Assembly: GCA_050014495.1 (NCBI GenBank)
Contig: JBEKDF010000011.1
Coordinates: forward strand, 1-64,000
DNA: 64,000 nucleotides
Direction: 5' to 3'
Source of the DNA: Candidatus Bathyarchaeia archaeon
GTDB taxonomy: Archaea > Thermoproteota > Bathyarchaeia > TCS64
A program made the position numbers and the translations under genes. Under the pieces are notes generated by a model. The model ran no database searches. It had not been told where the DNA came from and saw only the letters and a program-made list of their open reading frames with translations. Shown here piece after piece: positions 49,797-60,350 of the stretch (its first letter is position 1; each line of letters starts with the position of its first letter).

Positions 49797-51215
49797 TTGA
49801 TTGAAACAGTGTTAGTAGCCATCTACTTCCTGTTTAGCTTTCTGATGCTGCCCTACGGTTACAACTGCTTCCTCATGGTCCTCTACTCGAGGAGGTACAA
49901 GGGACCGAACCCTAATATCGTCAGGAATCATAACATGGTCACTATTCAACTGCCTGTCTACAATGAAAAGCACGTCGTAAATAGATTGATAGACGCGATC
50001 TGTAACCTCGACTGGCCCCGGGACAAACTAGAGATACTCGTACTCGACGACAGCACAGACGAGACTAAGGACATCGTAGACCAAGAGGTAGCGATGAGGA
50101 GCGCACAGGGCGTCAACATAAGCGTTATCCGACGTCTTGATCGACTTGGCTACCGTGCGGGTGCCCTGAAGAATGCCCTCGAGTTCACTCACGGTAAATA
50201 CCTTGCTGTCATAGACGCCGACTTTGTCCCACCCACGGACTTCCTCGAACGCACCGTTGCCGCAATAGAGACTGACCCTAAGATAGCAATCGTTCAGGCG
50301 AGGTGGGACCATCTGAACAGAGATTACAGCAAATTTACCGAAGCATTTTCCCTCGGTATTGATGCGTATCACATCATTGAGCAGTCCGCACGTAGCGCCA
50401 TTGGCATAGTCAATTTCAACGGTTCAGCCGGACTCTTAAGAACCGAGGCAATTAGGGACGTCGGAGGGTGGAGCTGGGATATACTCAGCGAAGACATTGA
50501 CATCAGTTATAGAGTGCAGAATAAGGGGTGGAAGACTCTCTATCTGCGTGACCTCACGGTTATGGGGGAGATACCGCCAAACATGTCGGCTTTTAGGACC
50601 CAGCAGGGGCGGTGGGCGAGGGGAAGCGTGCAATGCGCCAGGAAATTCCTTGTCGCAGTGTGGAGGAGCCCGCGTACGCTTCTACAGAAGGTCGAGGCAA
50701 GCATCCACCTCACATATTACATGGTGATAATGTGGATGTTTATCGGGCTACTGGTCACAGTTCCACTCCTAGCCATGAACCAGTTCCCCTATGTCACAAC
50801 CCCATGGTACATCGGCCTCTTTGGTGTCTGCACTCTCAGCAGCTTCACACTCTATTACGCCACCCTAAGATGGCAAAATCAGAGCATCCTAAAGAAGCTC
50901 CCATACATGGGACTCCTCGCCCTCGTTGGATACGGTATCTCCGCCAAGGTCTCAGTTGAGATGTTCAAGGGCCTCATTAAGAATGGCGGTCAATACCAGC
51001 GCGTCCCCAAGTTCAATATCGTAAAGAAGGGCGATAAGATAGAGTCCAGTTACGCTACACTGAAGGAACTTCCATGGCTAGAGATGTTCATGCTTGTCTA
51101 CACATCATTGGGAATAATGTTTGCCTTCATGAACGCCACCTGGGGCGTTATGATGTACCTCTTCGTCTATTGGATGGGGTACTTCGCCGTCGCCTTTAGT
51201 ATTACCCCCTTATAA
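49797..51215 (+). CDS. processive GT2 glycosyltransferase (cellulose synthase-like)
   Basis: QLPVYNE, DDSTD, IDAD, SED, QQGRW; C-terminal TMs. Confidence 0.9.
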   Translation: MIETVLVAIYFLFSFLMLPYGYNCFLMVLYSRRYKGPNPNIVRNHNMVTIQLPVYNEKHVVNRLIDAICNLDWPRDKLEILVLDDSTDETKDIVDQEVAMRSAQGVNISVIRRLDRLGYRAGALKNALEFTHGKYLAVIDADFVPPTDFLERTVAAIETDPKIAIVQARWDHLNRDYSKFTEAFSLGIDAYHIIEQSARSAIGIVNFNGSAGLLRTEAIRDVGGWSWDILSEDIDISYRVQNKGWKTLYLRDLTVMGEIPPNMSAFRTQQGRWARGSVQCARKFLVAVWRSPRTLLQKVEASIHLTYYMVIMWMFIGLLVTVPLLAMNQFPYVTTPWYIGLFGVCTLSSFTLYYATLRWQNQSILKKLPYMGLLALVGYGISAKVSVEMFKGLIKNGGQYQRVPKFNIVKKGDKIESSYATLKELPWLEMFMLVYTSLGIMFAFMNATWGVMMYLFVYWMGYFAVAFSITPL

Positions 51216-51217
51216 TG

Positions 51218-52558
51218 CTAAGCTTTCTTCCTAATCAGTGTAATTCCGACCAAGTTGAGTAGCATATATGCCGACAAGATCGCGTTGCCGTAAAATAGGG
51301 CGAAGAGGAGTGTGGAACCAGTGAGAATAATGAAGAGCGCATCGACAACGGTCCACTCCGTTGTCGAGTTGACCCTCATCACCGCCCTGTTAGCCCCGGT
51401 CTCGAACAGCCCTTTCAAAAGGTTGTAGCTGACGAAGAAAACGGAGCCGTACCCTACGACAACCGCTAGGATTAGGTCACGGAAATGTCTCTTCACTGGG
51501 AGATCCCGGAACTTTGTGACGTGGTAGTAGTAGATGTAGAGTGAGAAGCCTGTCACGGAGACGACGCTCCATAAAGCAGTATACTGGGGCCCGGGTATGG
51601 CATTTAACCCGATTAAAATGAGCACCGCTATGAGGTTGACAACGCTGGCGAGCATTTGAACGAATCCAGTGGAGAGAGTGAGAAGTAGGAACTTGTCAAA
51701 TTTGTCAATCTTTCCCCTCAGAATTGTGCATATATCCTTACGCATGTACTGCCCGGATGCCCTCGCCCACCTCTCCGCTGTCCTCCTGTATTCCTTAAGT
51801 GTGTCAGGAGCCTCGCATGGAAACTCGACGTCCCTAAGGAAGAGGGAGCTATATCCCTTCGAGAGTATCCTGGCGCCCGTATCGTAGTCGTCGCAGATCG
51901 TGTCCCCTTGCCAGCCACCTGCGTCTATGATGGCTTGCTTCCTGATGACGACTCCGAATCCGGTGAGCATGGATAGTCCGTTAAGGTTCATTATACCCAT
52001 GTCTAGGATGAATGAGGTTACCCGTGTCTGGCCACTTGAGGACCTGTTGTGGAAGACGTGGTTTGACATGACGTAGCCGACCTTTGGGTTAGCGTGTATT
52101 GCACCCACCATCTTCTCTAGGAAGTCGGTGGGGGGGATGCAGTCGACGTTGATGATGGCGATGTATTCCCCGCGTACGCTGGGCATAGAGTTGGCAAATG
52201 CGCCCGCCCTGTAGCCTTCCCTTGTGTTCCTGTGTAAGAACTCTATCCCCTTGGAAGCGCAAGCTTCTCGGACGAAGTCCACAACATCCGGATTCGTGCT
52301 GTCATCGAGCACCTGTATCTGTAGGTGTTCGCTTGGGTATTTCATTTTCACGACAGCGTCAAGACAGCGGGTGAATTTTTTCACTTCAGGATTGTAGACA
52401 GGTAGCTGAACCGTGACATTTGGAGTCATATTTGAGATATTGACAGAGGTCGGGGGCCTGTAGCGCCTGTACCTGACTATAACAATGAGCAGAGCGACCG
52501 TGTATACAGAGATTACCATGAAGCTGGCGAAGTAGATGGCAATTAACCACTCTATCAT
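51218..52558 (-). CDS. GT2 glycosyltransferase paralog with degenerate motifs
   Basis: QLPVYN, DDST, INVD, CDDYD, AERW. Confidence 0.85.
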   Translation of the reverse strand: MIEWLIAIYFASFMVISVYTVALLIVIVRYRRYRPPTSVNISNMTPNVTVQLPVYNPEVKKFTRCLDAVVKMKYPSEHLQIQVLDDSTNPDVVDFVREACASKGIEFLHRNTREGYRAGAFANSMPSVRGEYIAIINVDCIPPTDFLEKMVGAIHANPKVGYVMSNHVFHNRSSSGQTRVTSFILDMGIMNLNGLSMLTGFGVVIRKQAIIDAGGWQGDTICDDYDTGARILSKGYSSLFLRDVEFPCEAPDTLKEYRRTAERWARASGQYMRKDICTILRGKIDKFDKFLLLTLSTGFVQMLASVVNLIAVLILIGLNAIPGPQYTALWSVVSVTGFSLYIYYYHVTKFRDLPVKRHFRDLILAVVVGYGSVFFVSYNLLKGLFETGANRAVMRVNSTTEWTVVDALFIILTGSTLLFALFYGNAILSAYMLLNLVGITLIRKKA

Positions 52559-52712
52559 TACCGAGCCTCTTCGTTTATAGGCCTCCTCTTTCCCTTTATT
52601 TCATTTTCCTGAGAATCAAAGGCGTTTGTGAGTGCTCCATGGGTCTTCGCTGGGAAAAGATAATATACCTCGGACCGTATAGCTTCAGAGCCCGTTAGAA
52701 AGGTGGATCAAA

Positions 52713-52877
52713 ATGGCTTTACGTGACCCATTTAAGACTGAACTCAGCCGCGAAGCAAACCTGGAGAAGACTGTTTGCAGGCAATGTGGCGCCACCAACC
52801 CCAAGAGTGCAAAAAAGTGCCGTAAGTGCCACAGCAAGAATCTCCGCCCAAAGAGGACGAAGAGCAGAGGCCGCTAA
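52713..52877 (+). CDS. rpl40e: 50S ribosomal protein L40e
   Basis: [27 protein letters not shown] read manually (missing from ORF track). Confidence 0.95.
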   Translation: MALRDPFKTELSREANLEKTVCRQCGATNPKSAKKCRKCHSKNLRPKRTKSRGR

Positions 52878-52997
52878 GCAGCTTAGTCTCACAACACACC
52901 AATTATTACTTCGATTCGATTTCAATTCAATTTTACATTAGCAGGGAGCACGTGCCATGGGGTAAAGTGTAATAACACCTCACCCGACTACCTAACT

Positions 52998-53783
52998 ATG
53001 ATCAGCTTCACGCTCTTCTTCGCCCTCTTCATTTCGGGGCTCCTCGAGATATTTATCCCTATATTCCTTGGCATCTGGGTCGGGTCCAAGCTGGGCGCTA
53101 AGTGGAGTGTCTTCTTCATCGGTGCGATACTATGGGTAACGGCATTGGTAGTAAGGTTACCCATCAATAACTACGCTGCCGTCTGGGTCTACGACAACTT
53201 CAACGGGCCTATTTACATCTATCTGAGTCTAGCCATCCCATCCCTCACGGCAGGGGTCTTCGAGGAGGGAGCGCGCTGGGTAGCATTCAGGTTCGCTATT
53301 AAGGATCATAAGCTAGAGAACGGCATAATGTACGGGGCAGGACACGGTGGAATTGAATCCATCCTACTAGTAGGTATCTCTGTCTTAGCCACTGCAATAA
53401 CCGCTTATTTCTACCCGCAGAGCTTAACCTCCACTCAACTCGATGCCATAGCCGCGACGCCAGCGTGGGTGGCCTTCGTCGGTGTCTGGGAGAGGCTCGC
53501 TGCTATAGCTTTTCACCTAGGGATGAGTGTGCTGATCCTACAGTCATTTCGACAGAAGCAACCCTACCTCGTTATAGTCGCCATTGCATCCCACTTCTTC
53601 CTCAACTTTACAGCTGTTTATGCTGGTGAATGGGGAATATTCGCATCCGAAGGTGTTACAACGCTTTGGGGTATTATCGCACTAGCATATGTATGGATGA
53701 CTTGGAAGTCATACAAGGCCGAGATGGCAGCCACCTCTGTAAATCAAACAGCAGAACCCCCTGCTCCGCCTACTCCAGTTTAA
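52998..53783 (+). CDS. YhfC-family (PrsW-like) intramembrane protease
   Basis: AGVFEEGAR, GAGHGGIE, ERLAAIAFH. Confidence 0.88.
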   Translation: MISFTLFFALFISGLLEIFIPIFLGIWVGSKLGAKWSVFFIGAILWVTALVVRLPINNYAAVWVYDNFNGPIYIYLSLAIPSLTAGVFEEGARWVAFRFAIKDHKLENGIMYGAGHGGIESILLVGISVLATAITAYFYPQSLTSTQLDAIAATPAWVAFVGVWERLAAIAFHLGMSVLILQSFRQKQPYLVIVAIASHFFLNFTAVYAGEWGIFASEGVTTLWGIIALAYVWMTWKSYKAEMAATSVNQTAEPPAPPTPV

Positions 53784-54297
53784 AGGGTTTACCCGTTTCA
53801 AGGACTTTACTGGGGACAACTCCTTTCCATTTCCCAAGCCACTCTAATTCCTTCTCCGGTTCTCTAAGCTCGTCTGGCATAAGCTCCGGAATGGATTCAA
53901 CTGATCGACCGATAGGGTACCAGCGACTACACTCCGGGCAGACGAGTAGGCCCTCCCTTACCTCGAGGATGTTAAGATAGCTGTATAATGTGTCCAGATC
54001 CTCTTTCGACTCAAGTTTGGCACTCAGTAAAGTAGTTACTTTTGTTTGGAGGGTGATTATTTTATTAAATCCTGTAAGGTCTTTTATTGCTTCGATTGAG
54101 GGTGGACTTATCGTTCCGTCGCTGAGCTGCTTCCTGAGAATTGTATACTTTTCCTCCAACTCCTTCTTTGGCTTCCCAGAGTCAGCAACAATGTCATTTG
54201 TCTCCTTCTCCGGGGTCTCCCAGCTGAAGATATAGGCCTCGAGTGGATGGTGCTTGTCGATGGGACAAGCCAGAATGTTGAGAAGCCAGGGCTTCAT
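53770..54297 (-). CDS. Trm112-like protein with long insertion
   Basis: MKPWLLNILACPIDK ... EGLLVCPECSRWYPI...IPELMP. Confidence 0.85.
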   Translation of the reverse strand: MKPWLLNILACPIDKHHPLEAYIFSWETPEKETNDIVADSGKPKKELEEKYTILRKQLSDGTISPPSIEAIKDLTGFNKIITLQTKVTTLLSAKLESKEDLDTLYSYLNILEVREGLLVCPECSRWYPIGRSVESIPELMPDELREPEKELEWLGKWKGVVPSKVLETGKPFKLE

Positions 54298-54338
54298 CCT
54301 TATCGTTGAATCAGGTAGCTCCACCGGTTAAAAGATTA

Positions 54339-54851
54339 TCAACGACTCTGGAAGATCTTGAACTTTCTAAGGTTTGGGAAGCCTGTTTTCACCCACTTAA
54401 CTCTCTCCTCAGGATCCCTCTTAACCCAGTCATACATATGCCAGAAGCTCTTACCCCACCTCTCGGTGCGGTCAGGAATAGGTTCGTAGCCAAGGTTCCG
54501 CAGTTCATCCGTGTAGGCACCCTCGATCAACTCCTGGGCTCTACCCTCGACATGCACCCTCTCAACGTTGTCTTCCCCGTATCGCTCCTTAAGCCTATCA
54601 GCAGCGATGTTGAGGATGTCCCCCTGACAGACCTTGATCTTCTCATATGGCTTCAGGTCTAGGCGATCGACCAGGTTGAGGGCGATCCTGGTAGCTTCCT
54701 CGAAGTGCTTCTTCTCTTGGAACATCCCATTCTTGAAGAAAGAGACATCAATTATGTCATAAAGAAAGGCTTCAGTCTCGGGCTGGTATGCGCCGATGAC
54801 GACGCCCCAAAGGAGATCGCCAGTCCCAGCGTCGTCTATGAGGATCGTCAA
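54339..54851 (-). CDS. hypothetical protein, possible RNase H-like fold; paralog of 27897-28418
   Basis: IDDAGTGDLLWGVVIG, VCQGDIL, VKTG. Confidence 0.7.
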   Translation of the reverse strand: MTILIDDAGTGDLLWGVVIGAYQPETEAFLYDIIDVSFFKNGMFQEKKHFEEATRIALNLVDRLDLKPYEKIKVCQGDILNIAADRLKERYGEDNVERVHVEGRAQELIEGAYTDELRNLGYEPIPDRTERWGKSFWHMYDWVKRDPEERVKWVKTGFPNLRKFKIFQSR

Positions 54852-56119
54852 GCTTTCTGGCCTTTCAGTTTGGCTACTATTTCCTGTGCCTTCGGGAAGC
54901 GTATCTGACCAGAGTCAATTAACTGCTTCAGGGCCTCTTCCATGATCTCAGGGGAAGCTCCGGCCATTACAATGAGGTTCCTGGCATGTAGTCTCATATG
55001 ACCCTGTTGAATACCCTCCTGCGTGAGGGCGCGGAGGGCACCGAGGTTCTGAGCAAGCCCAACCGCGGTCATAGCCTCTCCTAGTTCTTGGGCTTTGGTG
55101 CATCCGAGAATTTTAACAGCGAGTTGGGCCATGGGGTGGCTCCTAGTCGCGCCTCCGACCAATCCGACCGCCATCGGCATCTCAAGCTCTCCGACTAGGT
55201 CACCCGCCTCATTCTTACTCCATTTGCTGAGACTCCTATACCTTCCCGTTCTAGCGGCATAGGAGTGAGCGCCCGCCTCGAGGGCGCGGTGATCCTGGGC
55301 GAAGGCGAGTGCGACCGCGACAGTGCCATTCATGATACCCTTGTTGTGGGTGGAGGCCCTGTAAGGGTCTGCGTCCGCGAAGGCCCATGCCTTCACTATT
55401 CTGTCGACCTTTTCCTCGCCACCGAGGTCCTCTTTCTTCACAATGGCTTCAGCTTTGCATGTGCGCTTGTCGGCTAGGTTGCTGATTATGCGTAGAAGGG
55501 ACTTACCCCCAGTGAGCTCAGCAAGCATAGGAGCAAGGGTCTCCGCCATAGTGTTGACAGCGTTAGCGCCCATGGCGTCGCGGCAGTCTACTAGCAGGTG
55601 GCAGATGAGCATTGGTCCCGCTGCAGTCTCCAGAGGGCGTAATTCCATATCCTTTGCACCTCCCCCGAACTTGACAAGTACAGGGTCGACCTCATTCGCC
55701 ATGTCGAGGATCTTCTGCTTCTTCTCATGAAGCGTATCTATTGCCTTCTTCATGTCGGGGATGTCGGTAAGCTGTATCTGTCCAATCATAATAGGTGGGC
55801 TGCTTGTGACCTTGATGCCGGGACCGTTCCTCATTATTCGCGCCATGTTACTCGCGGCCGCGACGACGCTAGGCTCCTCTCCCGCCATCGGTATGAGGAG
55901 GTCCCTACCATTAAGCATGAAGTTAACCGCCACGCTGAACGGGTAGTTTATTGTGCTGATCACATTTTCTGTCATATGATCCGCCTGATCCAAACTGAGG
56001 CCACCACCCGCTTTGAGAAGCTTGACCTCATCGGATGTTAGTCCGACCTGCTCAGTAACGATCTTAACCCGTTCATCGACGGGCATCTTGTAAAAGCCCG
56101 AGATTCTGCTCGATACCAT
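54848..56119 (-). CDS. mvaA: HMG-CoA reductase, class II
   Basis: ENVI, EEPSVVAA, DAMGAN, HNKGIMNG, GIQQGHMRLH. Confidence 0.93.
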   Translation of the reverse strand: MVSSRISGFYKMPVDERVKIVTEQVGLTSDEVKLLKAGGGLSLDQADHMTENVISTINYPFSVAVNFMLNGRDLLIPMAGEEPSVVAAASNMARIMRNGPGIKVTSSPPIMIGQIQLTDIPDMKKAIDTLHEKKQKILDMANEVDPVLVKFGGGAKDMELRPLETAAGPMLICHLLVDCRDAMGANAVNTMAETLAPMLAELTGGKSLLRIISNLADKRTCKAEAIVKKEDLGGEEKVDRIVKAWAFADADPYRASTHNKGIMNGTVAVALAFAQDHRALEAGAHSYAARTGRYRSLSKWSKNEAGDLVGELEMPMAVGLVGGATRSHPMAQLAVKILGCTKAQELGEAMTAVGLAQNLGALRALTQEGIQQGHMRLHARNLIVMAGASPEIMEEALKQLIDSGQIRFPKAQEIVAKLKGQKA

Positions 56120-56218
56120 GTGTGAATCCTCTTGTTGCAGATAGCTTCCCCGAGCAGTGATAAAAGCTAGGCGATATTGAACGATAAAACTATCGACGAT
56201 TGTCTAAAGAAGGTAAGA

Positions 56219-57400
56219 TCAGTTGAGTGGGCTTTTGAAGCTCTCTGTTATTCTGATGTCCCGCCGCGCCATCTCCCTGAAGAAGATACCAGAGAGCTTC
56301 TCATCATAGCCGATTCTCGCGGGGTGGATGACACCGCGTTTGTTCATCTGCCCCTTCGCAATCATCTGAGCGACTATACTGCACGGGAAGGCAGTCGTCT
56401 TCGCCATGGCTGAGAGGCCATTCTTAAAGTCCTGGAACTCCATAAACTCGTAAGTATAGGAGGCTGATGCCCCGTCCTTCTTGCCGCTTACGATTACGCG
56501 TTGGCAGATGGCGTCACCCTCATCAAGTTCATATTGTAGGTACTTATTGCCTAATGCCTCCCAGAACTCAAGAGGACTCACGTCAATACCCTTCACCTTG
56601 AGTGGCTCCTCATCCATGAGATGAATGTCCTTGAGCTTCGTCCACATCGAGCAGTGACCAGGCCATCTTATCGTCTGACCGTAGGCGTCCTTGACACCCT
56701 TGAGACCCAGGTGCTCCACAGTGTCCATAAGGCCACTATTGGTGAACGCCTCTAGCATACCGAGAGGCTCGGGGAACTCTATGGGAGAGGGGTCGCTAAG
56801 CACCTTAACCTCAATAGTCTTTCCATTTTTAAGAATCTTGCAGGTTCCTATACTCCCCTGGATGGCGAAGGGCCAGCTCCAGCTAATCTTGTAGTTCAGG
56901 GGATTATAGTAGCCTGGTGTCCCTTTCTGGGGAAAGCCTCCGCATGCAACATAGAGCTTATCAACGCTGTCTAGTTTCCTCGAACCAACGCCGAGGAGTA
57001 TCCTGTCTGTGCCAACATCTAGGCCGCAGTGCGGGATGACGGTGACACCAGCCTTCTTTGCGGCCCCATCCATGCTGAATACTGTCCCGAAGTCCGCTGC
57101 AATATCAGCCCAGTTCACACCCGCCTCAATTGTGGCGGCTATCGCCTGGTCGCAGAACGTCCTCGGGATCGCAGCGACCACTATATCGAAACCCTTGATG
57201 AGTTTCACCGTCGATTTCTTATCAGTGACATCGAGCTTCTGATATCCCTTCATTTTATCGCTGCCGATCCTTGCAGTGACGCCCTTTGCAGCCTCCACGT
57301 TCGCATCAGCTGCAACTATCTCCTCAACCTCCTTCTGGGCTACAAGGTCCTTTATGAGGCCGTAGCCCATCTTCCCTGTGCCAAGCACAAGTACTTTCAT
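56219..57400 (-). CDS. saccharopine dehydrogenase family (lysine 6-dehydrogenase-like)
   Basis: GTGKMG, CGGFP, YKISWS, TIRWPGH, SAMAKTTAFP. Confidence 0.85.
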   Translation of the reverse strand: MKVLVLGTGKMGYGLIKDLVAQKEVEEIVAADANVEAAKGVTARIGSDKMKGYQKLDVTDKKSTVKLIKGFDIVVAAIPRTFCDQAIAATIEAGVNWADIAADFGTVFSMDGAAKKAGVTVIPHCGLDVGTDRILLGVGSRKLDSVDKLYVACGGFPQKGTPGYYNPLNYKISWSWPFAIQGSIGTCKILKNGKTIEVKVLSDPSPIEFPEPLGMLEAFTNSGLMDTVEHLGLKGVKDAYGQTIRWPGHCSMWTKLKDIHLMDEEPLKVKGIDVSPLEFWEALGNKYLQYELDEGDAICQRVIVSGKKDGASASYTYEFMEFQDFKNGLSAMAKTTAFPCSIVAQMIAKGQMNKRGVIHPARIGYDEKLSGIFFREMARRDIRITESFKSPLN

Positions 57401-57456
57401 GATTAACCCCGCTATGGATGCGCAGGGTTCTGAATAAAACCCCTATGATTCGGGCA

Positions 57457-58209
57457 TCACTTCTGTTGGTCGACTTCCCAGCCATCACGATCCATATCCT
57501 CAATGAATGACACGAGGTGGTCCACCAGCGCGTTCCACATGAGTATGCCCTTCTCTGATGTAGCCTTGGTCGGATCGCCTGTGACACCAAAGGGGGTGAT
57601 CTCCTTAAAGAGCCACTTAACTTGGACATGCTCGGGGAGGTTTGGGATGTGTCCTCTCGCTCTGCTTAGGTTGACAAGCTCCGGAGCCACCTTGAGCATG
57701 ATGGATGTCTCGCCCTCCCCCGCGTGACCAAGGCCCCCCCAAGCCTCAAATGTCCCTTTCGGGAGGAGCTCAGCAGCGGTGACCCACCAGGCATCAAGAA
57801 CAGCGATCTTCATCTCCGAATGGTCAGCCCTATACTCTCGTGTTGCGGCCTCGATGGCTGGAAGATTTCCATCATGCCCGTTGATTATGAGGAGCCTACG
57901 CAGCCCCTGTTGATTCAGGGAGTCAATCACCTCCTTGATAACATGTATCTGGGTCTCTGTTGAGAGTGTAATCGAGAGTGGAAAGCTTGCGTAGTGACGA
58001 CTCATGCCGAATGGAAGTGTTGGTAGGCAGAGCATACCCGCAACCCTCTGGGATACGGCCTCTGCGAGGCTTTCTGCGACGAGCGTATCAGTGCCAAAGG
58101 GGAGATGGTCGCCATGATACTCTGTCGACCCTAACGGTAGGACCGCTTTATCAAAGTAGTTCTCCTTGAGGAGGTACCCGGTCATTCTTAGTAAGCGAAC
58201 GTCAGTCAA
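57457..58209 (-). CDS. creatininase family amidohydrolase
   Basis: GSTEYHGDH, NGHDGN, HAGEGETS. Confidence 0.9.
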   Translation of the reverse strand: MTDVRLLRMTGYLLKENYFDKAVLPLGSTEYHGDHLPFGTDTLVAESLAEAVSQRVAGMLCLPTLPFGMSRHYASFPLSITLSTETQIHVIKEVIDSLNQQGLRRLLIINGHDGNLPAIEAATREYRADHSEMKIAVLDAWWVTAAELLPKGTFEAWGGLGHAGEGETSIMLKVAPELVNLSRARGHIPNLPEHVQVKWLFKEITPFGVTGDPTKATSEKGILMWNALVDHLVSFIEDMDRDGWEVDQQK

Positions 58210-58280
58210 TCAAACCACCAATGTATAATTGTGGGAATTGGAGTAGAAATATCTTGCAAGTACGTGTGTTAGGTTTATAG

Positions 58281-58637
58281 CTATCCTAGAATCTCCGCTA
58301 TCGTCCTAATTATTAGCTCGGGGTGAACTGGTTTCAGAAGTACTCTCTCATAGTTATTCTCTATCCTTTCTCCCTCATTCTTTGTGTATCCAGTGAGTAG
58401 CACAATCCGGAGACCCGGTGAGACCTCCTTCATCTTAGATGCGGCGTCATTCCCTCTCATATCTGGGAGGAGAAAGTCGAGTAAAACGAGGTCATACTTA
58501 TTGGCGGACACTTTTTCGATACCTGCTCCACCTGTCGCGGCAAGATCGACATCATAGCCCTCGTCCATTAAGATGAGGCTCAGTATCTGGCTACTCGCCT
58601 CATCATCGTCGACCAGCAGGATGGCAGCTTTGCCCAT
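58281..58637 (-). CDS. single-domain response regulator
   Basis: LLVDDD, LLDFLLPDMRG, LTG, KP. Confidence 0.92.
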   Translation of the reverse strand: MGKAAILLVDDDEASSQILSLILMDEGYDVDLAATGGAGIEKVSANKYDLVLLDFLLPDMRGNDAASKMKEVSPGLRIVLLTGYTKNEGERIENNYERVLLKPVHPELIIRTIAEILG

Positions 58638-58817
58638 AATTAAAATAACTTCTCAGGTCTTTTTTAATGATGATGGATCTATAATATTTTTTATAAATTA
58701 ATACTAAGTATTCACTATTTAATATAGATTAGGAATAATTTTGGGAGTATTTGAGACGATTTGAAGCTATAGACCTATTACCGTTCTCCAATCAGTGTCC
58801 AGCGGATAAATACGCAG

Positions 58818-59903
58818 TTAGACTCTTGTAAGGTTGAAGCCTGGGCCAAGTCCTTGTATCGCTTCGGTAAGTATCTTTATGAGGTTCTTGAGGTCTATAG
58901 TGGAGAACACCTCGACTGGACTATGGCTGTATCGTCGAGGTATGCCGATCGTCGCGGATGGTATGCCTCCGCGAGTTTGCATCATCTCCATGGCATCCGT
59001 CCCTCCACTCATTATTCCAACCTGGTGAGGAATATTGTGATCCTCCGCCGTTTTACGGAGCCACTTGTGTACCTGCTGGCTCTGGATGCGGACTCGTTCT
59101 CCCAGTTCCCCCACATGAATGCCGGGCCCCTTACCTACCTCATAGAATAGGTCGCGCATATTGACATCGGGCTGATATCCCGCGGGGAAGGTGTCGACAG
59201 CGATGGCCATGTCGACATCGATATCGTAGAGGCATGTCTCCGCCCCTCTGAGTCCAATCTCCTCCTCGACTGAGCCGATGTAATAGATCGTTGCTCTTGG
59301 GCGCCTCTTGGCGAAGGTCTTAGCGATGTGGATTATAGCCGTGCATCCTGTACGGTCGTCAATGCTAGGGGCCGCAAGGAGGTCATTGGCGAGTTTAACA
59401 TGTGTCGTCGCATAGGTAATCGGGATACCCCTTCTTACCCCCAATGCTTCCGCCTCGTCCCTGCTGGTAGCACCGATGTCGATATACATATCCTCAATCA
59501 GCGGAATCACGTGCTCCTCCACAGGGGTAGTTATATGGCCGGGCTTCATTCCCACGACACCGACGACTGGGCCCCCTTCTGTGAGTATCTGAAGATGCTG
59601 CCCCTGAATGGCACGTGTGACGCTGCCCCCTATTTTTCTGAACCTTATGAAACCAGTATCATCGATATTGAAAACTATGAATCCTATCTGGTCGAGGTGA
59701 GCGACAAGGGCGACCTTAGGCGCCTTAGGATCAGTACCAGTCTGCGTCGCTATAACATTCCCACGTGGCGTCCCGTGGACATCGTCCACATGGAGCTTAA
59801 TCTCATCGATAAAGGCCCTCATCATTGGTTCCTCAAAACCAGAAGGAGCCTGTACCTCTTCTAGTCTATAGAATAGTTCGAGAATCGAGTCCTTCTTGTT
59901 CAT
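58818..59903 (-). CDS. M42 aminopeptidase family
   Basis: AHLDQIG, IDDR, EEIGLRGA, GGTDA, RYSHSP. Confidence 0.92.
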   Translation of the reverse strand: MNKKDSILELFYRLEEVQAPSGFEEPMMRAFIDEIKLHVDDVHGTPRGNVIATQTGTDPKAPKVALVAHLDQIGFIVFNIDDTGFIRFRKIGGSVTRAIQGQHLQILTEGGPVVGVVGMKPGHITTPVEEHVIPLIEDMYIDIGATSRDEAEALGVRRGIPITYATTHVKLANDLLAAPSIDDRTGCTAIIHIAKTFAKRRPRATIYYIGSVEEEIGLRGAETCLYDIDVDMAIAVDTFPAGYQPDVNMRDLFYEVGKGPGIHVGELGERVRIQSQQVHKWLRKTAEDHNIPHQVGIMSGGTDAMEMMQTRGGIPSATIGIPRRYSHSPVEVFSTIDLKNLIKILTEAIQGLGPGFNLTRV

Positions 59904-59942
59904 TAAGCAAGAATTGACAGGTGAGGGGAAAGAGGTTTTGGG

Positions 59943-60269
59943 TTAGATGTCGATGATGTCGTCCTCGAGACCGCCCTTCTGCTTCTTCTGGGATAGGGGG
60001 TTTACCTTATCCAACATCTCGAAGACGGTCTCCATCTTCTCGTTGCTTAGAATTTCCTTAAACTCTTCATATTCGGAGACGTCTCTGATTAGGAGGCCCT
60101 TCCTCTTTGTGGGGGTGCCGGAGGCGTCGACCGGGTTTACCTCAATGGCGAGGCGTGCGGGTTGGCCGTGGTAAGAGGGGAGCTTCTGTATGAAAACTCC
60201 AGGGACGGTGGTCTTAACCTTCGCCCAATCTTTCCCAGTTGCTAGGAACTCCTGTAGTTTCTCAGACAT
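59943..60269 (-). CDS. hypothetical protein
   Basis: MSEKLQEF...EVNPVD...KRKGL; start taken at ATG 60269. Confidence 0.7.
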   Translation of the reverse strand: MSEKLQEFLATGKDWAKVKTTVPGVFIQKLPSYHGQPARLAIEVNPVDASGTPTKRKGLLIRDVSEYEEFKEILSNEKMETVFEMLDKVNPLSQKKQKGGLEDDIIDI

Positions 60270-60350
60270 GTATAGTTGATGTGTAGCTCGGATATTCAAG
60301 TTTAACCCTAAAGAGGGAAGGGGTTTAAGCACCCCCACTGATCTCTGATC

